The notes below the pieces were generated by a model, which saw only the letters and a program-made list of their open reading frames with translations, did no database searches and was not told the origin of the DNA. A stretch of DNA of 64,000 nucleotides, from positions 60,636,001 to 60,700,000 of the forward strand of contig NC_042999.1 of the NCBI RefSeq assembly GCF_006345805.1. Direction: 5' to 3'. Both the position numbers and the translations under genes were made by a program. Source of the stretch: Octopus sinensis (taxonomy: Eukaryota). Of this stretch, positions 1-13,762 are shown piece after piece; within the stretch, counting starts at the first letter, position 1; each line of letters opens with the position of its first letter.

Positions 1-950
1 TGATTATTTCTATAAGTATTTTACATAAGATTTCCGAAAGTTCGCTTAAGTTTGTTTGTTTGTAATTTTTGAAATTAGCTATTTCATCTTTAGATATGAA
101 AAATTAATTTATTAGGTTTTTATTATATATGTGCATATATATTTATTTATAGAGATTATTTTAGATCTTAATTATAATATTTATATACATTTATATATTT
201 TCATTGATAATTTATATATAATAATTACTTTTTTTTAAATATTTATTTAATTAGATATAGACTATTACCGATATTAAATTATTGGTGGGTTTCCTACATT
301 ATAAATTAAAATTAATATTTAAATTATAATTGATTTTGATATAATCATAATTGTTAAGTTTTAAGTTTCTAGTTTGATAATAGAGTTTATTTTAAGTAAA
401 ATTATTATATTATTTATATCTTTAAAATATTGTTTAAATATTTCTGATTATTTTAAAATATTTCAATTAACCTGAAGATTGACTGTAACCATAACTCGAA
501 TTATTAATTGAATTTAAATTATTGTTATTCGTATTGGTACAGCCATGAAACGATCGTAGTGTTTTACTCTTTATCTTTTATTAAACTTTTAATACTTTTG
601 ATATATATGTATTAAAAAAAATTAATTAATTAATTAATTATTTAATTAATAAATAAAATAATATATAAATATATACATACATACATATATATATATATTT
701 GTATATATATATAAAATTTATAAGTTTAAATTATTTAAATAATTTTTTATTTTTAACTTTTATATTTTAAATTAATTTTATGTATTGGCTTATGTTTTTC
801 ACTATTTGATTTGCCTAATAGTGGTTTTATCTCTAATTTAATATAATATAACATAATATAATATATTTATACTATAAAATTGGATTTAATCCTAAATCTC
901 ATTTTCTCCTGTAAGTTTGGATTTATTCCCTAATATTATATATATATATA
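1..950. other. Extremely AT-rich low-complexity segment, origin unresolved
   Basis: Almost entirely A/T; no ORF in the track; contains a hammerhead-like motif at 472-563. Confidence 0.5.
472..563 (+). ncRNA. Degenerate hammerhead-ribozyme-like motif with long helix II
   Basis: CTGAAGA (472-478) ... GAAACGATCGTA (547-558). The intervening TGACTGTAACCATA...TATTGGTACAGCCA is self-complementary. Helix I pairs only about 2 bp. Confidence 0.35.
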
Positions 951-1458
951 TTATATATATATATATATATATCTATATATATATATATATACATATATGT
1001 ATGTATGTATGTGTGTGTGTGTGTGTATATAATTGCGCTAAGAGTAAATGCGCTAAGCAGTGTTTACATATAATTCACAATTTAAGTTAGTTGAAATATG
1101 TTTGTCAAATATTTAACCTGCTGAAGACAAATACACGTAAGAGAAAAAAACATTGTCTTATGTTAAAAAGGTTGAAAACACCCAATTCGTTCAGTGTTGC
1201 CATCTCTTTGGGAATCTCAGACATCGATGTCTCGAATGCATTGACTCTTGTCAATGAGATGCCCCCAAGAGAAGCATTCTGAACGAAATGATAAAGCTAT
1301 AGCTTTTTATATAAATCAGTCTACACATTGACTGATTTGCTCTAGTAGATAGCCCGATTGTCAAAAATATCGGAGTAAATGCGCTAAGCAGGGCTACGTA
1401 TGTATGTATTTATGTATGTATGTATGTATGAATGAATATGTATATATATATACATATA

Positions 1459-1537
<79 letters not shown>

Positions 1538-2010
1538 CATACAACATGTCTAGTGAATGTTTCAAAAAAAGATGGGTGAATGTAGCAAGGATGGCACGTA
1601 TGAATGATGAAGCCACCTTGAGCATAATCCTATGAACCCGGAAAAATTTAAAACAGAGTTACTTACTTGCAAATAAATGTGTTAACATGTGACATTATTG
1701 ACTGAGGTTACCGTGGTCGCTTCTGTAGGCTTTTCTTTCCACGAATAACCTTATCTCTTTCCCCCTTTACACTTTACATCATGACATTTCTTTGATACAC
1801 GATCCTTATTGATCGTTTTTTTCTTTCTTTTTTACGATTCCTTCTGATCGAAAACCTACCCCACTTTTTTTTCTCCCCCAAAAGAAAAGCTCTACTTTGT
1901 AATTTGTCCCCTCTGTGTTCAGCCCTGTGTGGCTAATAAAAAAATATATCTATCTCTATATGTATTGTGTTTTAATGTATGAGTGAATCTGTGTGTTTGT
2001 GTGTATGAGA

Positions 2011-2025
2011 GATAGATAGATAGAC

Positions 2026-2116
<91 letters not shown>

Positions 2117-2150
2117 AAGAGAGAGAGAAAGAGAGAGAGAGAGGGGGTAC
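2011..2150. repeat. (GATA)n/(GA)n microsatellite
   Basis: Direct reading. Confidence 0.95.
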
Positions 2151-3049
2151 ATATATGTATCATGTCCAAAGTGGTGAATTGTCTGATATGGAAAAACATT
2201 TAACAGTAGCTTCTTACTCAAATATAAGGCAGGTATTTAATGTCTACTTCTTGCCACCGGTTAAGTTGTTAGATATGCCAGATTTAATGCGCTCACTTAT
2301 TAGGTTGTAGTTGAATAATCTTTCTAATCCATTTGAGTTTGATTTTATGCTGCCAGATTAGTTTTCCTTAGTACAGTTTCGGGAATAGAACACATCATTT
2401 TCTATCTAATGATTTTGTAAGCGAACAATTCAATATTTGTCATTAAAATAACTGTACTCGATAAACTAACTACGTTCCTAAACGTGCCAATGCATCCTTC
2501 GACTTTTAATCCAGCTACTAGTATTTTATTATTGTCCAGTGGAACTTTTGCCGAACGTAAAAAACGCAGTGATCTATCGTCTGTTTTGCCTGAACTCTAT
2601 GACAGCCAGTATGATTGCCCCGTCTTTAACCATACAGCAAACGCACAAATAAAATGTGACTGCCCTGCTCTGATCGTACACAATAGGAAAGAAATTGCAC
2701 TGTCCTTCAGATTTAATCTGCAAAAAATATATATAGAACATTCTAGGTGGTACATGTGGACAGCTTATATTCTTCTTCTCTGTAGAGATTAGCTAAAGAA
2801 GAGAGAAGTTTCTATGCTAATGATATTATAATTTCAAGACATTTCACTCACAGTATGCATTTTCATTCATTCACTCTTTCTCACGAGTATAATTAACAGT
2901 CTCAATACAGAAAACACATAACATTTCTCGACTGAATAAACCCGTATATATCTTTAGAAGTCTTTATTGGGGACTAGGTTCACGGAGTAAAGAGTGGCTC
3001 TTCATATCAGCTCACCTGCATTTCTCGTATTAGCACACTTTACCCCATA

Positions 3050-4176
3050 AACCTAGTCTTGAATAAAGACTCAAGTTCAAATATTGTCTATATTGGTGTC
3101 CATATTGACTGAATACTTACCAAACTTTAAATACGCGTTTAGACAGACATTACTGGATATTAAGCAAACGACGCATAGATGTACAAAATGATGGAAATCT
3201 TGATAGAGAAATACATCTGCAAGTTCAAAGGGCAGCAAAAGCATTTGGTGGCTTGGGGTTATGCGTTTGGTGTCAGCGACATATAGATAACAATGCATAG
3301 CTAGCTCTTTACAAATCATTTGTCCTACCATCCCTGTTGTATTTTTATAAAACGTGGATTGTTATGAAAGGCATTTCATATTGTTAGAACAATTCCACCA
3401 AAAATCCCTTCTTCGCATTTTAAAAATTAGAGTTCTTTCACTCCAAACACAGATGTCCTTGCACCTGCATCACCTCAATTAAAGCTATGATTTTGAGGAA
3501 CCAACTGAGGTGGTGTGGCCATATTAGTTCGAATGGTGGATGAACGCATGCCAAAACAGGCTGTTTTATGGTGAGCTTGCAGAGGTGAAACGCTATCAGT
3601 GTAAGCCTAAAAAACGGTTTAAGAACGGCTTAAGGACTCCTGTGACGTCACTTGGAATGGATCCGGAAGACATGGAAACCCTTGCTTCGGATCGAGGTGG
3701 ATGGCGAAAAAAAAGTGTGGAGTGGAGTGAAAGCGTATGAAGAGACAAGGATAACACATGTAAGACTCAAAAGAGATTTAAGGAAGAATGTTACGATCGA
3801 AAGGGTAAATGACAATGAACCTTTCTGTGTGACCAGTTTGTGACAGACCATGTCTTTCTTCTGCCGAGCTCAAATATCATTTGTGAACACATGGAAAACG
3901 AACCTCCACCAATTTATTCTACCTATATATCTGTTCACACATTTGAATGCAGCGTATGCCAGAAGGTTTTCAAAACTAACGGAGGCCTCAAAGACATTTT
4001 AAGATCCATATTGATCAGAATTTATCTGCAGCCCTTGGTGGTACAAATCGGATATGCAATCTGTGTGGGTGTCTTTTCAGAACATTGTCTCGTTTAAAAG
4101 TCACATCAGATGCCATAATAGTTCTTAGTTGTAGGTACAGGAGTTGGTGAATCTTTGCACAAGGAGAGGACAACAA

Positions 4177-4178
<2 letters not shown>
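3050..4178 (+). pseudogene. RTE-clade LINE, 5'-truncated and frameshifted, with two C-terminal C2H2-like zinc fingers
   Basis: Stitched frames give QLRWCGHI, RMPKQ, PKKRFKNGL, LASDRGGWRKK (RT C-terminus of RTE type), then ECSVCQKVFKTNGGLK/RHFKIH and CNLCGCLFRTLSRLK/SHIRCH, each joined across a frameshift. Stop at about 4126. Confidence 0.85.
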
Positions 4179-4260
<82 letters not shown>

Positions 4261-4261
4261 A

Positions 4262-4430
4262 GGTAGTTTACGAAAAAACAAAAGACGAAGACAAGTGGTG
4301 CACAAAACAAACAGATGTATTAGTATAACGCTCAGGAATAGAAAAACTCTTTTACGTTTCGGGCCTACGCTCTTCCACAGAAAGGACAACAGAAAGAAAC
4401 AAATAGAGAAACAAGGAGAGAAAAAATGTG
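4262..4430 (-). mobile_element. Short repeat with hammerhead-like motif (Penelope-tail-like), family iii
   Basis: Reverse complement reads CTTT-CTGTGGA-A-GAGC-gtag-GCCC-GAAACGTA-AAAG; homologous to 44415-44585. Confidence 0.5.
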
Positions 4431-4719
4431 TGTAGTGGCTAACGATCTATCATGGCGTCTGTATATATATATATATATTATCTTACATATCTTACAAGTA
4501 CTCAAACACATACACAGGCATGCACACACACATATATACTCGAGTTTATGTGGGTGTACCTAAAAAACTGAAATGTGTATATAACCACCAGTGTACATAG
4601 AAAACTGGAATTAAATAAGGACAGAGCCATGAAACTCATTGACTCTATACACTAAAGTGGACCTATAAATGTGAATTAGGCGCAGATGTAACTGGGTGAT
4701 AACAAGCCTGCTTGACAAT

Positions 4720-4840
4720 TATATGCTTCTGATTCCAGTTCCTCTGCATGGCCCCTTGGGCACGTGTCTTCTGTTTTAACTCCTGTCCAACCAAAGCCTT
4801 TTCAGTGGATATAGCAGACAGAAATTGAAAAAAGCTAAAG
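4720..4840 (+). mobile_element. Degenerate SINE family B fragment
   Basis: ccttgggcacgtgtcttctg...ccaaccaaagccttttcagtggat matches the family B core. Confidence 0.55.
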
Positions 4841-5341
4841 TGCAGCAATCGTTTTATCTTTGGTAGAGAAATCTGAATTTATTTATGTCAGTCTCCATAA
4901 TTATATCATTCAATATGCATTTATGAGTGTGTGAGTGTGTATGTGTGTGTGTGTATCGAGAGAGAGAGAGAGAGAGAGAGAGAAAGAAAGAAAGAGAAAG
5001 AGAGAGAGAGAGTGTGTATGTATGTGTGCGTGTGTATGAGTGCGTGCATGCGTGTGTGTGTGTGCGTGCGTGTGTGTGTCCTTGTGTCTGGATCTATCCC
5101 GACTTCCGCTCGGCAAATAGTGTTGATTTGCTTATGTACCGGAACTTAGCGTTTCCGCAAGAGAAACCGTTACAATCAACACAAGGATATGAAAAAAATA
5201 ATACGGTTTTATTCGATTCGTTTGACTACAGTCCTTCAAGTCACTGCCCCAGCATGACTGAAGCAAATAAAAGATAATTGTTTACGTCTATGTGATTGCT
5301 TTGCAAGATTCCTGATGTGATATCGTCTGTTGAAACAGATA

Positions 5342-5735
5342 TTGCTATATTTTGGGACGGTTATTTATTTCTTTTTTTGCCAAATACCCGCAGACACTAT
5401 ATACTCGTTCTTCACTTCAGATTTTCTTAATGTCCTTTGTCTGGAATCGTGCGTCACATATCCTGTGACCTATTCAACGACTCTATCGCATGTGTCTCTT
5501 CTCCCACGCGGCACCTCTCCCATACGGCTACTCTTCCAAGCATTTCCTCTCCCACAAAACTCCTCGCCCATGTGGCTTCTCTCCAACGTCGAATAGAGAG
5601 TTACTAAAGAGATCACAGGATGCATGACGGATGATTTCGGACAAATGATACTAAATAAGAACAATACTAAATGAAGTACGAGTATAGGGTGCGTGTGTTT
5701 ATTTGACAAAACAAAGACCATCCCAAATATGGCAA
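5342..5735. mobile_element. Foldback/MITE-like element with ~125-bp imperfect terminal inverted repeats
   Basis: Left ttgctatattttgggacgg...cgtcacatatcctgtgacc aligns with the reverse complement of the right end ttgccatatttgggatgg...cgtcatgcatcctgtgatc. A related right arm lies at 18730-18890. Confidence 0.6.
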
Positions 5736-8700
5736 GAAAATATAAAGGTAATTTATGATTACTGCTACAACAAAAGTTCATTTATGTACGTCAACGTATT
5801 CAGCAGACTTACTGAAGTCTTCCTGCTTTGAAAGATGTTTTACTGAAAAGTTAAAAATTAATTATCTGCATGCCCGAGGTAAAAAAAAAGTAAATTTATG
5901 TCACTTCATTTGGCTAATTGTAAAAAGTTTCTAAATTGATGTGGCAGGTATGTTTTTCAAGAATTTTCTATATGAAGTTCAACAGAAATTTTAGAACGTA
6001 GTAACAATATAATTTTCATAAACATTGTTTTATTATTTATTTTTGATATTTCCATCTTAAAGATGCCATAGAAATGATATTTTGTATCAGAGATATGAGA
6101 AAAATATCAAATGCTACCTGCAAGATGAATCTGCAAAATGTTTGTTTGGTGCTTTATTGCATTGCTAAATCTCTAAATTATTATTTTTTTTTAATGCGAA
6201 TTCGTATACACGATTCTTCAAAAATATATGCCACAGACTTCATTAAACTATGTTTCTCATAAATAGATAAAGAAGACATATGTCACATATTTCTTATATA
6301 TACAACTAAAGGTATGTTTTACTTCTACCATTCTTAGCAGAGGAATGTCAATGTCCAAAGAGGAGTTGGAACTCTGCAAGCTATATTCTTTTTTTTATAT
6401 TGTAACTTGATTGTTTCCTTGATAATACCATTCTTGCAACTTTACTTTTGTTTCAGGTACCAATTTTTACTGTTATTTCCATTTCTAAATACTTATCTAA
6501 ATAATTAATTTCGTCCTTTAGGGTCGATAAATTAAGTACCATTTAAAAGTTGGAATCGATGTAATCAATTTATCCCTTCACCCCAAATTTCTAGCCCTGT
6601 GCCAAAATTTGAAAACAATATTCTATAGAGAATCAAACGTCATTTATATCTCCGGCTAAGCATGTTAGACTTAAGGTTTTATTTTTCCGTAAAAACGTGT
6701 CTCATGGTCAGTATCCCCGCGGAAAAATATGTACCGCTGCTATTCTTTATTAGTTTCGGATTAGAAGGTGCTAAATTACTGCATAACGGATATCCGGTTA
6801 CTTTTTGAGAACCAGAACTTGATTTTACGATGGAAAGTTCCTGATATTCTACACACCTCAAAGACCCACAGGTGAGTCAAATCAGGATGTAGAGAGTTAA
6901 TCTGTTCACAATTTTACATGATCTTTTGGGTCGCTGTTAGGATAAGAGGCAGTTGTATTAAGACTGGACCTGACTTGGCCAGAATAGATTTTCTCATTTT
7001 ACAAACAAAATTTTCATATCATAGACCACTACGTACACATGTCATTGCATTCCGTTTGAAGTAGGTGTGTGTAACAGGGTGGGAAACTGTCCCGAACTGG
7101 AGAAACGTCTACATCCAGTAGTATCGCTTTCAATTATTTTAAGAACTCAAGAAATAATTGTCAGAAACTGAATCTCTATAATCATATTTGATAGAGTTGC
7201 AGACAAGAACAATTTAAACTCGACTCTGCGTAAATATCTGTTGGTGATCGTTCGTTTCCGTTTTCTGTGACGTTATGCGCTTCAATGAATATTTTGAACC
7301 TGACTAGATTGTTAGTTTATAGCAAGAAAACGTCTCGTTTCAGTAATTTAACAATGTATTACAAGTTAACGAATCATTTGACGGTGTTATTGAACTGATT
7401 TACGGTTGTGTTTTAGAAGTAGGTGAAGGATTTATTTAGAGTCTGGCAGATTATAAAAATACTGTATTGGTCATGTAGAGGAGAATGGATATTGACCGCA
7501 TAATTTTTGATTTTTAAGGAGAGAAGGGGTAAATTTATCGTAAGAACAGTAACGTAACCCAAATGCTTCAAACGGATTAAATTCCAGTTAAAGGCCTTGA
7601 AATGCCTATTAGTGGGATTAAATTGGTACAATATTCTATGTCTCCACCTTGGAGAAGAACGGTCTGCCCGATCGAGTTTCACTCAGATTTCATCTACAAA
7701 ATTTCACCGAACAGTCTTTTGTCTATTCGATAATATGGTAGGATATATTTGCTCAAGCTACTGCCTTGTAGAATTGAAATCCAAATCGCGTAGATTCAAA
7801 ACAAACATTTTAGCTACCCAAACCTGCCTGTACCCATTTAACCGCACAAATATGTACCTACTCAGCAGGTAGTTATTTAAAGTTTTCCCTTTGTTTTCCA
7901 GCCCTGTAACTATATATCAAGAATAGTTGTACAATTACTGTTTGACATCAACACACATGAAATAAACACCATTGATATACAGTCAGGTATATTTGAAACG
8001 AAATAAGTTTGTTCAAAGCCACAAATCATTGTTAACAACAAAGGACGAACGCATAACTTATAAACAGAATTAACGGCTCCTTCTTATCGTTTCACCCGTT
8101 GTAACTTTCATGAAGTGCAAACTACGTAACACATAATTTATATGATAGATGAACTGATCTTTTTCTTAGCAGCATGTAGCTAATCACCAAAATCGAATTA
8201 CGATTTATCATCATATCTGTCAGTTCATTTAACTCAACTATTGAAGAGCTTATCACAACAGCCTTTAATTATTTCTATCATCACATTTGCCTGTTACATT
8301 TCACGAGTAATCATTTCGTTAATTTCTTCGCTCTTCCGCGAACAATTGATTAGCTATCTGGTTGGTTTTGTATTGTGTGCCATTTCTCGTGAATGCTTAA
8401 GCGTAAGATTTCGTTATGCCGATCAGAAATTAAGTACAATTTACTCTACATTTCCTCACAAAAATACCTCTGATTGTGGTATATTAATATGCTGTATGGA
8501 TAGTAGCATTTATTGTTATGAACATATATCTGCAATAATTAGTCTCAACATTTAATACTTTATCATGCCTCTTCTTTGCTGGCATCATAACAGAACACAC
8601 ACATATACACTCTCTCACACACCTACACAGATTCACGTAGATAGATGATAGACAGTTGCATACATATATACATACAATCACACATACATACGTATATGCA

Positions 8701-10735
8701 TAGACGAAACATTTGAAGCGACAAGTCGCGTATTTGGCGTGGGAGACTAACGAAAATACGACGAATACTATCTCCAACTTTACAGTCACAACTCTCAGCC
8801 TTGTTTAGTAACTAGTTAATCTTCAGATAAATTAACAGAAGGAGCTTTTTATTCACGATCGTACTGATTTCCTACTGAAACTTGAATTTAGCATACAGAG
8901 AGTTACTGCAACAACATGGCTGGACACAACATCATGAACAACACGATCGAGGAACAGAACGAAAAGAATAGCTCAGCAATTTCTTTCTAGCTGTAGTTAT
9001 ACAAGAAACCGTAACCACAAAACTAATTTGTCTTGCAGTTAGGAACTGAATAATGATCTATTTAATTTCTACGAAAAAGCGAAACCAAAAAAACGGCTGT
9101 TGGCTGTATGAATCGATTGAAATCATATTGGGACGATCTGTATCGAGAATTAAATCATTTTACTACGAAATAACTACGCCAACAAGCAACATTTGTAGAG
9201 CATAGACAGAAGGTTAGTAACTGTAACTTTATTAAGGAATCGAAAATTAACCTTCTTCCTAACTCTATAAGCAAAAACGAAAACATGAATGATATAAGAC
9301 CACCGCGTGGTTTCGCAGCTAGCGACATTCCAACAGATTCTATAGTGCCTGCCAGCCAAAATACATCACTGGCTCAATTAACAGACTTCTGGCCCCTACA
9401 ACTATGATAAATAGCAGGCACAACCGCAACGAAACTGAATAATGATATACTTAGCCCTTTTGTCGTAATTTTCTTATGCACAAATTACTGCTATATCAAA
9501 GAAAATATTGTTAATTTGTAAGAAGACACTGGCAAGCAAACTCCACCGTCTGGGGTACATATTAACAGTCATTTTACATTATTTTTTCTGCAGCGGTTAT
9601 AATCATCTCTACATGATATGGGTCTGATCTATCCTAAAAAATCCTGACCCAGTTATCTCCCATAGTCCTGTGATGAATATTGTGCCTTTCAACTCTCCAT
9701 GACCAGCAATGATTTCTTAGTACAGTCTTTTTTTTTATCAAGAATGTTATCCCACTACAATTCGCTTCCTGTGAAGCCATTAACTCCCAACTTTTGAATA
9801 GGAATATTGAACAGCGTCACCGCCACCCATACATTTAAGAGTTTATAATGATCATATTTACAGCCTCTTCCATCAGTCGAAATGATTACGAAAACGTAAA
9901 CTGTTGATTAACTCCAAGGTGAACTTTGATTACTTAGAACTGCAAAGAAAGGCGTCACCATATTCACTGTGCCATTGATTATCTATCTCGGATTGCACTG
10001 ACAGAATGTGAACATAATGAACTAAAAACGTTAGGATGTAGGAATCTGGCTGCCATTTCTAACATTAGCGAGCCTCCAGAAGAAATATCGCTCCACGATT
10101 CAATATACAAACTTTATCCAACGATGGCGCTTCTTGATAAATTATTTGTTGTATATGAAGGCAGTTGAATATCTAAAACAGTGGAACATCTTACAATCTG
10201 TTCTCAGTATTCAGTTTCGTCTCTCCCCGTCGAATACAATTTGATTTCGTGTTTCAAACCTTAGGCAGCACGCGTATTTAATTGGTAACAAGCATCGATT
10301 GGTAACAAGCAAGATTTTGTTTTGTCATACCTTGACATAGCCCGTAAAAGTGTTTCTGCCATATCTTCGAAGCTTGTAGGTGAAATTTGGTGGACGATAT
10401 CTGTCTCAGAATGAGTGCTACTATAACTGAGTGATCACATTAGGTTTAACATTGCTTGGCTATTCGGCGTATTTCTCGGAGTCCATTCTATTGCACACAT
10501 TATGATTAGATTTATGGGCTGAGGATATCTTCCCTTCTACCACTCAGTAAATTTGGATATTCGGAGAAGAGTCATGAATTCCACTTCTTTTCCTCCCACT
10601 AAGTGATGTCAAACAAACAGGGATTATGAGGCACTGATTTATAAACAGGTATCCATTATACTGGCATCCACCTAACACATGTATAGTCCGGCGTAAAAGC
10701 AAAAGCATCATTCTTTAATATAGAACGCATGTAAG

Positions 10736-10945
10736 AGGGTGGACTGGCTGAATCGTTAGCACGCCAAGGAAAATGCTTAGTGCCATTTTGTCTGTCTTGA
10801 CGTTCCGAGTTCAAAGTACCACCGAGGTCAACTTTGCCTCTCATCCTTTCCAGGTCGGTAAAATAAGTCTCAGTTGAGTACTGGGATTGTTGTTACCAGC
10901 TCATCCCTATACTGAAAATGTTGGCATTGTACAATTTGAGACCAA
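10736..10945 (+). mobile_element. tRNA-related SINE family A
   Basis: ctggctgaatcgttagcacgcc...gagttcaaagtaccaccgaggtcaactttgcc, shared with the 23.6-25.1 kb copies. Confidence 0.8.
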
Positions 10946-12153
10946 AGTAGAATGCATGTAATAATTTTTTTCTTTACATCAAAAGCTTATTAAGCAACAC
11001 TTGAATATTTCGGTGAAAGAAAAGATGGAAAAAGAAGTTTCAATCACAAGTAATAGTTCTGTGTAGATGTTCACTTACAAAGAACACTGAGAAGTAAAAG
11101 TCTGGTGGAATTGTCAAAGCTAGAGAAGTATAATGATCATGTAACTCCAATTTAAAAGGACGAACACAAGGGTACCTATATATAAAACACTCCTTGATAA
11201 CAGTGGTTATTTAAAATGTTAGGTTATAAGTGGCGAGCTTTAATAATTAAATTACATACATTCGCAGACTCATTCAATAACTGTAAATCATCTTTATGTT
11301 CTTTATTGCCAAATTCAGAATCATAATATTAAAAAAGAAAAAAAAAAATCTAATACCCTCTACCAATTGATCAATCTAAATTATACTTTCCTATTTCTAT
11401 TTATTTATTTTTCTTTTGTAGTTATTTCGTTTTTCTCAACTTGTTTGGAGCTCTTTCATATTCTAGATGTATATAGATTTAAACTGCCATATTTCTTGAC
11501 TTAAGAGTTTACTGACTACACAATTTGGGTGATTAAATTTTTCCTGAACGTATTTATCAATGTAAATATTCTAACTTGAAAGTAAGAGCCCTTGTACTGA
11601 ATACGAAATAAATAGAACGAAATGTCATCCGTTATTTTCCGTCTCTTTTCATTCTCTTACAACACCAACAAATAGCATACGTCTAGACAGAGAATAATTG
11701 ATTTACTTGCAATACAACTCCGACTGTAAATATATTTCTATGAAAATCGATTACTTGAAACAGCTTTTCACTGCAATGATTCCCAACACTGATCAAAACC
11801 GAATCTTTCAGAGTAAACAAGGATTGAATTAGAGCAGACTGGTTTTTGATCAGAATTACGCTTGTGATCAAGATGACAGACCTATTATATTCTGTGACAA
11901 ATATCTCAGTGTGAAAGCCACTAATTTAACAATTACATCAAATTTTGTATTTATTATATCAATCTTTTTGACTCTTCTACTGGCTTCTGTCAATGCACTG
12001 CGGTCATGCTGGAACACTGTTGATCAGTTCGACCGTAGTACTTATTTGTGAATACAGAAATTATTCAATCGGTTCGGTTTCACTGAAAGTCTTAGCGACA
12101 AGATGTAAATAAAGAAACATCGGATGAAAAGTGGGGAAATAAAATGACGAAGA

Positions 12154-12560
12154 CAGGCGTGTAGGCAGGTGGCTGTGTGGTAAGTAACTTGCTTATCAAC
12201 AACATTGTTCCAAGTTCATTCCCAATGCGGGGAAACTTGGACGAGAGTCTTCCACTTAACCCTCGGCCGACCAAAGTAATGTGAGTGAATTTTGTAAGCG
12301 AAATCTGAAAGAACCTGTTGCATATATGCGCGCGCGCGTGTGTGTGTGTGTCCATGTCTGGGGTTGTCTCCACCACCGCTTGAAAACCGATGATGTTCAG
12401 TTTCTGTCCCCGTAACTAAGCAGTTCGGCAAATGACGCCGATACAATAAATTCCAGCTTTAAGCACAATCTGTACCGCGGTCGATTCATTCGACTAAAAA
12501 TACTTCAAGGCTCTGTTCCACTATGGTCGCAGTCTAATAACTGAGGTAAGTAAAAGAAAA
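12154..12560 (+). mobile_element. SINE family B (tRNA head, central domain, internal microsatellite, 3' tail)
   Basis: A-box-like GTGGCTGTGTGG; homologous to 13081-13489 and 21996-22450. Confidence 0.8.
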
Positions 12561-13080
12561 AGGATAAATATATGTGTGTGTGTGTGTGTCTGGCAATCTC
12601 AATGGAGTATGATTCTGTTGCAAGAAAAAAGTCCTTTTTTTTTAAATCGTGTGGCTCTTCTTCAACTATAAATTTGTTACTCTTTTCCCATGCAGTCTCT
12701 ATCCTGCTTCATTCAAATGCAATTTAATGAGATACTTAGAATGAATTTTGGGCCTCCTCATAACTAAATTCCATACAATAATGTAGAACACATCACTGGG
12801 AATTTTAGTGGGTGTGTGCTGTTAATATATACACACACGTTCCGAGAAATAATTTACGCATACATTTTTTCCTAAAGTCTATAGCAATACTTGGATACAC
12901 TCCTACAAAGAGACCCCTTTTTTAAAATCACTATACAACCGTATTCCTACCTTACCCAATGATTTTCCTCTTGCTTCTCATTTTTACATTTCTTCCATAT
13001 TTTTTCTTAACTGGGAGAGGATTAGCATTCAAAATTTCAAATACCTTCCTTACGTTTAAAGCATTGTGTTGTCTCCTCTT

Positions 13081-13489
13081 TTTACTCTTTTACTTGTTTC
13101 AGTCATTTGACTGCAGCCATGCTGGAGCACCGCCTTTTAGTCGAGCAAATCGACCCCGGGACTTATTCTTTGTAAGCCCAGTACTTATTCTATCGGTCTC
13201 TTTTGCCGAACCGCTAAGTGACGGGGACGTAAACACACCAGCATCAGTTGTCAAGCAATGCTAGGGGGACAAACACAGACACACAAACATACACACACAC
13301 ACTTACATATATATACATATATACGACAGGCTTCTTTCAGTTTCCGTCTACCAAATCCACTCACAAGGCATTGGTCAGCCCGGGGCTATAGCAGAAGACA
13401 CTTGCCCAAGATGCCACGCAGTGGGACTGAACCCGGAACCATGTGGTTGGTTAGCAAGCTACTTACCACACAGCCACTCCTGCGCCTAT
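13081..13489 (-). mobile_element. SINE family B, full length
   Basis: Minus strand: ataggcgcaggagtggctgtgtgg...ggttccgggttcagtccc...cttgggcaagtgtcttctgc...tail ending gactgaaacaagtaaaagagtaaa. Confidence 0.9.
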
Positions 13490-13554
13490 TTGTTTGTTTG
13501 TTTGTTTCTTTCTTTCTTTGTTTCTTTCTTATTTTGTCTCTTATATACGAAATG

Positions 13555-13762
13555 GCGCTGAAAAATTCCTGACTTGAAGGCTATCACGAAAGACCTCGTT
13601 CGAAGTTCAACCTTTCGAGTTCTTTTACAGAGCCTAGAAGAACCGAAGGACTGCTGCAATAGCGCGTGAATCTGTGAGGGGAATATATTGAAAAAAATAA
13701 CAATTAACTGATCCTCTTGTATTTTCTTTTACCCAAAGCCAAGAACATTTCAGTAACCCGTA
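13555..13762 (+). pseudogene. Mariner transposase C-terminal relic with 3' end
   Basis: Frameshifted EFFYR/LEEPKDCCN..N..GEYIEK, homologous to 16356-16563. Confidence 0.6.

Noticed and set aside
520-565. Minus-strand YDRFMAV resembling a GPCR DRY motif
   Set aside because: A stop follows within 10 codons; the sequence is better explained by the hammerhead-like palindrome on the plus strand.
1-950. Possible mitochondrial insertion (NUMT) or organellar rRNA
   Set aside because: AT-rich, but I found no conserved rRNA, tRNA or mitochondrial protein motif. A BLAST search would settle it.
2484-2792. 102-aa ORF with RKKRS and several cysteines
   Set aside because: No recognisable domain or clear exon boundaries; compatible with chance.
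7902-7986. Candidate exon after a strong polypyrimidine tract
   Set aside because: One open frame but a weak donor and no homology; insufficient support.
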